DNA from: Octopus sinensis
Taxonomy: Eukaryota
DNA: 18,225 bases
Assembly: GCF_006345805.1 (NCBI RefSeq)
Contig: NW_021824501.1
Location: 1-18,225 of the forward strand
Direction of reading: 5' to 3'
Of the stretch, positions 1 through 9,406 are shown piece by piece. Position 1 is the first letter of the stretch. The number at the start of each line of letters is the position of its first letter. Both the position numbers and the translations under genes were made by a program. Under the pieces are notes generated by a model, which ran no database searches, was not told the origin of the DNA, and saw nothing but the letters and a program-made list of their open reading frames with translations.

Positions 1-97
1 CATACAGAGATACATTTTGGTATGTTGTAAGTGAGACATCTTCTAAGGTACAGAGATAGAAATATAGACAGATACACGCGCTGGTAGTCGTGTCTGT

Positions 98-114
98 GTA
101 TGTGAGTGTGTGTG

Positions 115-160
<46 letters not shown>

Positions 161-189
161 CGCGCGCGCGCGCGCGCGTGTGTGTGTGC
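98..189. repeat. (GT)n microsatellite with an embedded (CG)9 run
   Basis: Direct reading: GT repeats about 101-158 and 179-188; CGCGCG run 161-178. Confidence 0.95.
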
Positions 190-193
190 ATCA

Positions 194-494
194 AGAGAGT
201 GAGAGAGAGAGAGAGAAATTGAGAGGGAGTGATATATTGCAAGACAGAGAGAGAGAAAGCGAGGTGAAAGAGAGAGGGAACTATAGAGGGAGATAAATAT
301 ATTGATAGATAGATCGATCGATAGATAGATAGGTAAGTAGGTAGGTAGGTAGGTACGTAGGTAGGTAGGTAGATAAGTAGGTAGGTAGGTAGGTAGGTAG
401 GTAGGTAGGTAGCTAGCTAGCAAGTAGCTAGCTAGCTAGCTAGATAGATAGATAGAGAGAGAGATAGGGAGAGATAGAGAGAGAGAGGAGAGGC
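194..494. repeat. Compound microsatellite (GA)n/(GATA)n/(GGTA)n/(GCTA)n
   Basis: Adjacent tandem tracts read directly. They explain the PTYL- and TH-repeat ORF at 43..423. Confidence 0.9.
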
Positions 495-799
495 AGATAA
501 GCAATCATACATGTAATGATTGATAGATATACAGATATATGTGTATCTATATCTCTATAAACACATACACACAGACGGGCGTACGCACACATATATATAT
601 ATATACATATGCATATATGCATGTGTATGTGTGTGTTTCTGTATGTAAACAAGCACACACTCATATACTTACTCATGCATACATATACGCATACATACAG
701 ATATACAGACAGACGTACGCACACTTGCACACACATACATATAAAGACGGAGCATGGAAGGAAGTTTGATTAGCTGTCAGATAGACACAGACAGACAAG

Positions 800-802
800 T
801 AG

Positions 803-893
<91 letters not shown>
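800..893. repeat. (GATA)n microsatellite
   Basis: About 23 near-perfect GATA units. Confidence 0.97.
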
Positions 894-894
<1 letters not shown>

Positions 895-1098
895 GAAGTG
901 AATGTGACAGACAAATTAATATGTAATGAAGAACAGCAAAAGCGATAACGCTATGTGAACCGTCTGACTTTCGTAAACCTTAAACAACAACAACAACAAT
1001 ATCAAACATTCTATGATGTCTAAATATACATTTAAAGTTTGAACTCAGTGGAAGCACTCCATGCCACTACAGCAGACTTTTACAGCCACTCCATACTT

Positions 1099-1237
1099 CT
1101 GGAGCCATCAAAGAAACCTTTGGTCGACATCCTAAAATTAGCAGCCGAGCCTCTTTCAAATTATACCCTATCGTTTAAAAAAAAAAAATGGAGGAAACTA
1201 CTAGATGCAGCCATCTTGAATGTAATAAATCAGAAAA
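1099..1237. repeat. Unclassified ~140-bp repeat unit X, copy 1
   Basis: Aligns by eye with 1691-1826 (ctggagcc..tttggtcgacat.ctaaaattagcagcc..cctcttt..aatt.taccct..gtaataaatcagaaaa). Bracketed by the direct repeat ccactacagcagactttta at 1064-1082 and 1262-1280. Confidence 0.7.
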
Positions 1238-1286
1238 GAACATTGAATAAAGCACCCCATTCCACTACAGCAGACTTTTATACACA

Positions 1287-1689
1287 CGTAGCTGTGTGGT
1301 AAGTAGCTTGCTTACCAACCACATGGTTCCGGGTTCAGTCCCACTGTGTGTTACCTCGGGCAAGTGTCTTCTACTATAGCCTCGGGCCGATCAAAGCCTT
1401 GTGAGTGGATTTGGTAGACGGAAACTGAAAGAAGCCCGTCGTATATATGTATATGTATATACATATGTATGTGTGTCTGTCTGTGTTTGCCCCCCTAACA
1501 TCACTTGACAACCGATGCTGGTGTGTTTACGTCCCCGTAACGTAGCAGTTCGGCAAAAGAGATCGATAGAATAAGTACTAGGCTAACAAAGAATAAGTCC
1601 TGGGGTCGATTTGCTCGACTAAAAGCGGTGCTCCAGTATGGCCGCAGTCAAATGACTGAAACAAGTAAAAGAGTAAAGAGTAAAGAGTA
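1287..1689 (+). mobile_element. tRNA-derived SINE family A, slightly 5'-truncated
   Basis: A-box-like tagctgtgtgg and B-box-like ggttcagtcc; body gggcaagtgtcttctactatagcc; internal TA/GT microsatellite; (AGTAAAG)n tail. Homologous to the copies at 5800, 10789 and 13582. Confidence 0.9.
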
Positions 1690-1690
1690 C

Positions 1691-1826
1691 CTGGAGCCGT
1701 CAACCTCTACCCCTTTGGTCGACATGCTAAAATTAGCAGCCAAACCTCTTTCTAATTTTACCCTAACATCTAAAAAATGGATGAAAATTCAAGACACAGT
1801 CATCCTGAAGGTAATAAATCAGAAAA
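1691..1826. repeat. Unclassified ~140-bp repeat unit X, copy 2
   Basis: Diverged direct copy of 1099-1237 that starts immediately after the SINE A tail. Confidence 0.7.
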
Positions 1827-2956
1827 AACGTTGGAGAGCCGGTCATTGCTTGGTCAACCGTCAAAGGATGGAAGTTTTACTGGCGAGGTCGCACGTTATA
1901 TACGCTAGAAATAGCAGTTACATCTTCATTTCATCACACATTTCTGTTTTTTTTTGTTTTGTTTTGTTTTGTTTTATCTTCTTCCTTTTTCAAAGAGCAA
2001 ACACTGTGTTCTGTAGTCCAAGGTAAGCAGTGTTTGAGTGAAGAAAAAAATGGTAAGGTCAGGATGGAATATCTTTGACCATCGGCCATTGTTCGATCGA
2101 AGCTGATATGACGCTAAACAACATATTTCAGAATCGTCGTTTGGCTGACAGTCTGCCTGTCGCGGGACAGCTGGTTCAAACCTCATCTAACCTTAAATAG
2201 CAATAGCAAATCTGAGGATCGTTGTTTGACTCACATTCTGCTTGTTGCAGGACTAGTGGATCCTGACTGACCTGGGGTTATATAACAACACCGGCAATAA
2301 CAGCAATACGCTTCATTTCTTTACTCTAATGCTACTGTACACTGCTCTATTTGACTAACACACGCGTCTGTTTGGCACTTGCTACGCTTCCTGCCAACCA
2401 ATGATCAGAACTGAAGTTTGTAGACAATACCAAAATAGACTGAAAGTAGGAGCAAGACGAACATGGCTCCAGTAATGACCCCCACGAGAATATCAGAAGC
2501 GTTTCGGCTTCCTTGAACCTTGTCTATGACGTTTATTCGCTACTCACATTCCCAGACGAAATCTTTTTGTCTCTGATATTAGGGAAACAGTAAATATTTC
2601 ATTCACTGATGTTACGTAAAGCCACCGAGTTGTATAAAAATTTGGTGCATGCAACTGAAACAGCGTTAAATTAAAATATAGACATGTATATATCATACTT
2701 AACGTATACACACGGGCACCAGTTTGCCTGAAATACCAAAGTACACCGAGAGTAGGAGTCTATGAGAGGAGAAGGAGTGGTCGCTCGACTGACCAGAAAT
2801 AATAGGTATTGGTGATGGTTGTTTGTCCATGGTCTTTAATAATCAGATTTGACCTGGTGTGAATGATAATGACACTACAACACTATATTGTGTGAATAAT
2901 TAACAGCTTCCGCCAGTTAATAATTCCACACTACTCCATGCATTTAAACTGTTAAC

Positions 2957-3112
2957 TATACATGTTTCATTAAATACACGACTATGTTCAAGTTTTATCT
3001 TTTTAGCCTTATATTTTACATGTTTTCTTATTAGCTTTTTACAGTTGATTTGGAACAGTGGTGTTCCTGAATCAATATCCGACATGTTTAGATCTTCACA
3101 GTCCCATTATCA
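2957..3112 (-). mobile_element. Penelope-like element remnant (pseudo-LTR plus ORF N-terminus)
   Basis: Gapless 156-bp alignment to 3810-3965 in inverted orientation (115/156 identical by my count). Translates as KLIRKHVKYKAKKIKLEHSRVFNETCI, which resembles the recalled N-terminal K-I...FN-TC...LLP motif of Penelope ORFs. Confidence 0.6.
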
Positions 3113-3113
3113 A
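3077..3113 (-). ncRNA. Degenerate minimal type-I hammerhead-like motif (probably inactive)
   Basis: Minus strand reads (T)TGATAA-tgggac-tgtgaa-gatcta-AACATGTC-ggat. The GAAA box is decayed. Homologous to 3805-3845. Confidence 0.3.
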
Positions 3114-3453
3114 AAAAAAAAAAAAAATGAAATGAAGATATTCCGTGTTTGTCCTGACTCCTATATACTGATTGAATTCGTGTAGTATTTCCCGCCTAAT
3201 GTTGTTTTTCTTTTTCCGTTAGCATTATGCCTCAGCAGTCACGTGTTGATTTGTTTGTCGTGGTCAAATTCTGGCCACAAGGTTCTTGCAATTTTTTATT
3301 TCAGTATCCACGAGTGCAAATTTTTGGATGTATGTTTTTGCGTGTTAATTTTGGCATGGTGCTGCAACATTTATATAGTTTCCATGATTAGTCTTTTATT
3401 TTTGTGTGGAATTTTATAGGAATGTATACATAAGAATATTCTTATTAGTATAT

Positions 3454-3767
3454 TTATTTATTTGTGCGCCCTTTTCAAGCCTAGCCAAGCTCATGGGCCC
3501 GGTTTCCCGGTTTCTGTGGCGTATGTGTTCCTCCCAGCTGGACGGGACACCAGTCCATCGCAGTGTTACTCAAGAAACAGGAAGAAAGAGTGAGAGAAAG
3601 TTGTGGCGAAAGAATACAACAGGGGTCACCAGCACACCCCTGCCGTAGCCTCGTGGAGCTTTAGGTGTTTTCGCTCAATAAACACACACAACGCTCGGTC
3701 TGGGAATTGAAACCGCGATCCTGCGACCGCGAGTCCGCTGCCCTAACCACTGCGCCATTGCACTTCC
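3454..3767 (-). mobile_element. tRNA-derived SINE family C, full length
   Basis: Minus strand has A box tggcgcagtgg, a B-box-like gtttcaattcc and an (AAAT)n tail. 11-bp TSD tattagtatat at 3443-3453 and 3768-3778. Homologous to 3996-4298. Confidence 0.9.
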
Positions 3768-3804
3768 TATTAGTATATAAGAAACCCCAAATATAGTCGA
3801 CTCG

Positions 3805-3845
3805 ATTCCTGATAATGAGACTATGAAGTTCTAGAAACGTCGTAT
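3805..3845 (+). ncRNA. Degenerate minimal type-I hammerhead-like motif
   Basis: CTGATAA (3809-3815), stem II tgagac/gttcta (3816-3833, one mismatch), then GAAACGTC (3834-3841). This matches the layout of minimal Penelope hammerheads except for A at core position G8. Confidence 0.45.
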
Positions 3846-3995
3846 ATGGGTTTGGGAATTCAATAGTTCGAAACGATATGTAAAATGCTTGTAAAAGAAT
3901 ATGGAAAAAGTAAAATAAACAAGATAAAGCTCTACCATAGTTGTGTATTTAATGAAACATGCATAAAAGAAAAGGTGTTTCCCATATATTCTGTT
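3810..3995 (+). mobile_element. Penelope-like element remnant (pseudo-LTR plus ORF N-terminus), cut by a SINE C insertion
   Basis: Translates as MLVKEYGKSKINKIKLYHSCVFNETCIKEKVFPIYS. Inverted homolog at 2957-3112. A hammerhead-like motif lies just upstream of the ORF start. Confidence 0.62.
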
Positions 3996-4298
3996 GTGGA
4001 GGCACATGGCCTAGTGGTTAGAGCAGTGGACTTGCGGTCGAGGGATCGCAGGTTCGAATCTCCGACCGGGCGATGTGTGTGTTTATGAGCGAAACACCTA
4101 AGCTCCACGCGGCTCCGACAGAAGGTAATGGCGAACTTCTGCTGAGTTTTTCGCCACAACTTTCTCTCACTCTTTTTTCCTGCATCTTGCAGCTCACCTG
4201 GACGGACCGGCGTCCCGTCCAGGTGGGGAACCTATACGCCAAGGAAACCGGGAAACCGGCCCTTATGAGCCAGGTATGGCTCGAGAAGGAACAAACAA
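3996..4298 (+). mobile_element. tRNA-derived SINE family C, full length
   Basis: A box tggcctagtgg 4007-4017, B box ggttcgaatc 4051-4060, ACAA tail. Perfect 13-bp TSD catatattctgtt at 3983-3995 and 4299-4311. Confidence 0.93.
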
Positions 4299-4598
4299 CA
4301 TATATTCTGTTACTAATGGTGATGGTGGTAGCTTCTTGTAGTTCGAGAAAGACGGTTCTGTAATTTTTTGTTGAACAACCGGTTTGTTAATAGTGGTCAA
4401 ATGTTTGTGCTCTACACAAGCTCACCTCCTCCATCAAATCGACGTTACCTGAACAGGTGCACGGCGTACCACACGTCAGGTGTCGAAGTAATCGCAGAGC
4501 ATTTGGCATAAAGTCCCTTACAGACACACACCAACCTATGCTCTATACTTTCATCGTCTCATCTGTCTATCTTCTCTGTCGATATTATAATGATCAGT

Positions 4599-4975
4599 GG
4601 CGAGCTGGCAGAATCGTTAGCACGCCGGACAAAATGCTTAGCAGCATTTCGTCTGCTGTTACGTTCTGAGTTCAAATTCCGCCGAGGTCGACTTTGCCTT
4701 TCATCCTTTCGGGGTCGATAAATTAAGTACCAGTTACACACTGGGTCGATGTAATCGACTTAATTCAAGTGTCTGTCCTTGTTTGTCCCCTCTATGTTTA
4801 GCCCCTTGTAGGCAATAAAGAAATAAGAATCGTTAGCACGCCGGGCAAAATGCTTTGTGGCATTTAATCAATCTTTACGCTCTGAGTTCAAATTCCTTAC
4901 CAGTTGAACACTGGGGTCGATATAATCAATTTAGCCCGTCACCCGATATTGTTGGCCTTGTGTCGAAATTTGAAA
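4599..4975 (+). mobile_element. SINE family B head-to-tail dimer (full unit 4599-4826, internally deleted unit 4827-4975)
   Basis: Head ggcgagctggcagaatcgttag, B box gagttcaaattcc, central gcctttcatcctttcggggtcgataaa (CORE-like by recollection). The second unit restarts at gaatcgttagcacg. TSD tcgatattataatga at 4579-4593 and 4976-4990. Confidence 0.88.
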
Positions 4976-5318
4976 TCGATATTATAATGACCACTGCTCC
5001 TCAAATTTGGTTGATCCTTTTCTTGTCTACTCAAGCTCGCTCAACTCACTGGTATCTCGCCCTCTTCTCATCATCCACATTGTATCCATCTTCTCAGACT
5101 TAGTGTTAACCATAAAGCACAGACCTTCTTGTCCTGAGTGTCGTCTCTCTGGAAATCCTCCTCCCCCTTGCAAAGCAAATGACTTCCTTGAAGGTGTCAG
5201 GTCGCAACATGATAAACAGAACATTAATGGTCTCACCAGTCTCAGAGGCCTACCAAAGCTTTGGACACAACTTGCTCTTCATCCTCTTCATCCTCACTAA
5301 ATTAAAATGCCATATAAA

Positions 5319-5691
5319 CGTAGGCATTGCTGTGTGATTAGAAATCTCGAGTTCAGTACCATTGTGTGGTAACTTCAACTGTTGTCCCGGGCCGACTAAT
5401 GCCTTGTGAGTGAATTTGGTGAACGGAGACTGTTTGGAAGCCCATAGTACATATACATATGTATGTGTGTGAGTGTGTGTGTGTGTGTGTGTGTGCGTGC
5501 TATTATGTCTGTGTTTGTCCCTACCAACCCCTCTTGACAACGGGTGTTCTGTGCGTCTACGTAAATTAGCGGTTCGGTAAAGGTGACAGATAGAGTAAGT
5601 ACCAGACTATGAGAATTAAGTATTGGAGATCGATCTGTTCAACGAAAACCTTTCAAGTCAGTACCCCAGCATGGCCACAGTCCAATGACTG
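5319..5691 (+). mobile_element. Older, diverged SINE family A-related copy
   Basis: Same module order as family A (gggccgac..gccttgtgagtg.atttggt, internal TA/GT tract, cttgacaac, agcggttcgg, agcatggcc.cagtc.aatgactg) with many substitutions and deletions. Confidence 0.75.
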
Positions 5692-5695
5692 TACA

Positions 5696-5779
5696 CAGAC
5701 TCCTTGCACTGCCAAGTGATGCCGTTTTCTGAATGTGTTCTATTCCCATTTTTATACCAACCTTTGCTTCCAACCACTT
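5696..5779 (-). mobile_element. Short fragment of an RLE-type (R4/Dong or NeSL-like) non-LTR retrotransposon ORF C-terminus
   Basis: Translates as KWLEAKVGIKMGIEHIQKTASLGSARSL, similar to the recalled IQK-ALLG(T/S)A-IL motif at the end of RLE LINE ORFs. Only 28 aa. Confidence 0.5.
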
Positions 5780-5799
5780 TGTATATAAATATATATATA

Positions 5800-6201
5800 G
5801 GCGCAGGAGTGGCTGTGTGGTAAGTAGCTTGTTTGCCAACCACATGGTTCCGGGTTCAGTCCCACTGCGTGGCACCTTGGGCAAGTGTCTTCTACTATAG
5901 CCTCGGCCGACCAAAGCCTTGTGAGTGGATTTGGTAGACGGAAACTGAAAGAAGCCCGTCGTATATATGTATATACATATATATATATATATATATGTGT
6001 GTGTGTTTGTGTCTATGTTTGTCCTCCTAGCATTGCTTGACAACCGATGCTGGTGTGTTTACGTCCCCGTTACTTAGCGGTTCGGCAAAAGAGACCGATA
6101 GAATAAGTACTGGGCTTACAAAAGAATAAGTCCCGGGTCGATTTGCTCGATTAAAGGCGGTGCTCCAGCATGGCCGCAGTCAAATGACTGAAACAAGTAA
6201 A

Positions 6202-6203
<2 letters not shown>
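5800..6203 (+). mobile_element. tRNA-derived SINE family A, full length and little diverged
   Basis: Head ggcgcaggagtggctgtgtgg, B box ggttcagtcc, internal (TA)n(GT)n, 3' end gactgaaacaagtaaaga. Flanked by (TA)n on both sides. Confidence 0.93.

Positions 6204-6275
<72 letters not shown>
6204..6275. repeat. (TA)n microsatellite
   Basis: About 36 perfect TA units. Confidence 0.98.
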
Positions 6276-6277
<2 letters not shown>

Positions 6278-6341
6278 TCGCGCGTGTATTTGTTTTACAT
6301 CATATCAAACTCTCTTCATCAAGAATATCATTAAGAGCTCT

Positions 6342-6372
<31 letters not shown>

Positions 6373-8061
6373 ACGGTTGCATTGACCACAATGATTCGAT
6401 GAATGTGGTGGTGGTGGTGGTGGTGGTGGTGTTGACAATGATGAAAGTGATGATGCCGTCTGTGGTGACAATGGTGACGGTTAAAGCATGGTTGACAGAA
6501 GGGAAAGGTTGGGGATTAATAATGATGATGGTGACGGCGGTAGTGTTAGTAATGATGGTGACAGTGGTCGGGGTGTGGATGGTAGTGGTGAGGATGGTGG
6601 TGATAGTGGTGATAGTGGAAATAGCGGTAGCATGTGTATTCGTGGTAGTGGTGGTGGTGGTAGTGGTAACAGTGTTGTTTGTGGCGGTGTGGTGGTGGTG
6701 CTGTTTGTAGTGGTGTTGCTGCTGCTTGTGGTGGTGGTGGTGGTGGTGCTGCTGCTGCTGCTGTTTGTGGTAGTGGAGCTGCTGCTTGTGGTGGTGGCGG
6801 TGCTGTTTGTGGTGGTGGTGCTTGTGGTGGTGCTTCTGTTTGTGGTGGTGGTGGTGGTGGTGGTGGTGCTGCTGCTGCTGGTGTTTGTGGTAGTGCTGGT
6901 AGTTGTGGTAGTGGTGGTAGTGGTTGCGTTTCTGGCATTTGTAGTGTTACAGGGAGTGGTGCGATAGTACTAGGGTGACTAGCAAAGTTGCTAGGGGTAG
7001 TGATGATAGTGGTCATGTTGGTGGTGGTGGTCGTGGTGGTATTGGTAGAGTTGAAGATATTGATGGTGGTGGTGTGTCGATAGCTTAAATGCTCTGGTGG
7101 TGTTTCGTGTGTAAGTTATAGTACCTGTGGTGGTATAGCTCGTGTCGTTATGTGTTGCTGCTGTTTGGGTGGTGGTGCTGAAGATGTTGATGGCGGTGGC
7201 GTAGTGTTGTGGTGCTGGTGTTGGTGGTGACATCCATGCTGGTACTGGTGCTATTGTTGTTAGTGGTGGTGATGGCTGAGGTGGTGGTGATGGTGGTGTT
7301 GGCGGTAGTAGTGTTGGTAGCGTTGGTGCTGGTAGTAGTGCTGATGGTGGTATTGACGGTGAGGTTGATGATGGAGGTGGTGGTGGTGCTGGAGTTTGTG
7401 ATGATGGTGGTGGTGTTGGAGGTGACATTCGTACTGGTATTGGACTTATTGCTTTTGTTGTTGTTGGTGGTGTTGGTGGTGATGGGTTGGCGATGATATT
7501 GATTGTAGTGATGATGGCGGTGGTGATGATGGTGGTGGCGGAGATGGTGTTGGTGATGGTGTATATGGCGGTGAAGTGGTAGTGGTGGTGGTGGTGGTGG
7601 TTGTGTCGGAGGTGCTCAGTGAAGCCATCCAGTGTAAAGAACAACAAACCGTGTACATTGCTCATCAAGCGACGAATCTAATTAGCAACTACCTCCACCC
7701 ACTCCCCTCTAACATCAACATAAACACACACACCACCACAACCACCACTACCACCTATCGCCGCTGCTGCTGCCGCCGCCGCCGCCACCACCACCACCAC
7801 CACCACCATCACAATCACTACAAACAATAACATCACCATCACCACCACTGCCACAAGCATCATCACCACTGTCATCATCGCCCTACCACCACCACCACCA
7901 CCACCAACAACAACAAACAACAACAACAACAACAACAACAACTATAACAGCTTCGTGACGATTCCGTCCCCAATACATTCACCGCCATGTCTACCACCAA
8001 TGACAACAATAAACTTCACCATCATCATCATTATTGTCCTCCTCTTCCTCTCCCTACACCG

Positions 8062-8092
<31 letters not shown>

Positions 8093-8342
8093 GTCGTCGT
8101 CGTCGCCGTCATCGTCGTCGTCATCGTCATCACCATCGTCGTCGTCGACATCGTCAACAATCATCTTCCACCTCGTTCTCCTCCCCTCTCCTCCACCTCC
8201 TCCATTTCCTCCTTATCAGTATCCTCCTCCTCCTCCTCGTCATCATCATCATCGTCGTCGTCGTCGTCATCATTATCCTCAACACCACCATCGCGGCCGC
8301 CATAACCATCACGAACATCAGTTGTCGTCGTCACCATCGTCG

Positions 8343-8394
<52 letters not shown>

Positions 8395-8540
8395 TTCATC
8401 GTCGTCGTCATCGTCGTTATAGTCCTCGTCGTCGACGACGACGTCTTCATCGCCGTATCATCCTTAAAGCGATAAAGACGACTTATAAGCGAACGATGAG
8501 CTGTTGAGATGAACCTTGCTAACGACGGCCATGTTGGTGT

Positions 8541-8572
<32 letters not shown>

Positions 8573-8710
8573 GTAGCGATGGATAAAGTTTGCTTGTTGT
8601 TGTTGCTGTCGTCGTGTCGTTGTTGCTGTTGTTGTTATTGTTGTTGTGGTTGTTGTTGTTGTTGTAGTGGTGGTGGTGGTGGTGGTGGTGGTGGTGTTAG
8701 TGTTGGTGTC
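6342..8710. repeat. Degenerate trinucleotide low-complexity block (ATC, then GGT/GAT/GCT, then ACC/AAC/ATC/GTC, then GAT/GTT/GGT)
   Basis: Direct reading. Every frame gives homopolymer-like peptides that drift between V/G/W and H/T/P registers. Confidence 0.9.
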
Positions 8711-8942
8711 ATAGCTGGTTAAGTAGCAGACATTGGGAAGTTAGGGAACGGACAGATGTGGAGGGGTGGGTGGGGTGGGGTGGGGCTGAGGAGGGAACGT
8801 AGTGGTGCGTGGGAGTTGGGTGGGTGGGGGTCCGGCATTGTCTAATTAAATTCCTCAGATTATACCGAGTGTTTCCTACAGATTAGGGTTACTTCACGGT
8901 TAATTAGAGACGTGGGTGGTGTGGCGAGTGGCAGGGTATGGC

Positions 8943-8951
8943 AATGGGCTG

Positions 8952-8997
<46 letters not shown>

Positions 8998-9258
8998 CTG
9001 AAGGTAGGAGTGGCTGTGTGTTGAGTAGATACAGACGCACAGACAGGCAGAGAGACAGACGGACAGACAAGCAGGCAAGCAAGAAAGGTAAGGTTGTTTG
9101 TTGTGGAGCGAAGATGTCTGGATGAGGTACGTTGACAGATGGATAGAAAGACAAAAGGAGGAAGAGAGAGAGAGAGAGAGAGAGAGAGAAGCAGACAGAC
9201 TGAGTGATAGACAGATATGTTGATGGACAAATAGGTAGATAGATAGATCGATATATAA

Positions 9259-9320
<62 letters not shown>

Positions 9321-9342
9321 GGATAGATAGATAGATATATAA

Positions 9343-9406
<64 letters not shown>

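Noticed and set aside
43-769. ORFs with PTYL, TH, VC and ER repeats
   Set aside because: They are translations of microsatellites, with no domain-like sequence.
1628-2026. 132-aa ORF with a hydrophobic C-terminus resembling a membrane anchor
   Set aside because: It runs across a SINE tail, repeat X and a T-rich tract, and its F-rich end comes from (GTTTT)n.
2045-2290. Possible old SINE pieces (ctaaacaac-type ends; ggttcaaacc at about 2173)
   Set aside because: Too diverged to set boundaries or assign a family without a library search.
3996-4075. Possible tRNA gene (A and B boxes, tRNA-like arms)
   Set aside because: It is the head of a SINE with a body, tail and TSD, and has no proper acceptor stem. 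The same applies to the other SINE heads.
5007-5300. Unique-looking, more GC-rich segment with ORFs on both strands
   Set aside because: No recognisable motif in any frame I translated, and stops interrupt the most plausible frames. It may be an old LINE fragment, but I cannot support a call.
6399-8722. Long Pro-, His-, Val-, Gly- and Ser-rich ORFs (up to 225 aa) as real proteins
   Set aside because: Each ORF drifts between repeat registers, many overlapping frames are open on both strands, and degenerate triplet repeats lack stops by composition.
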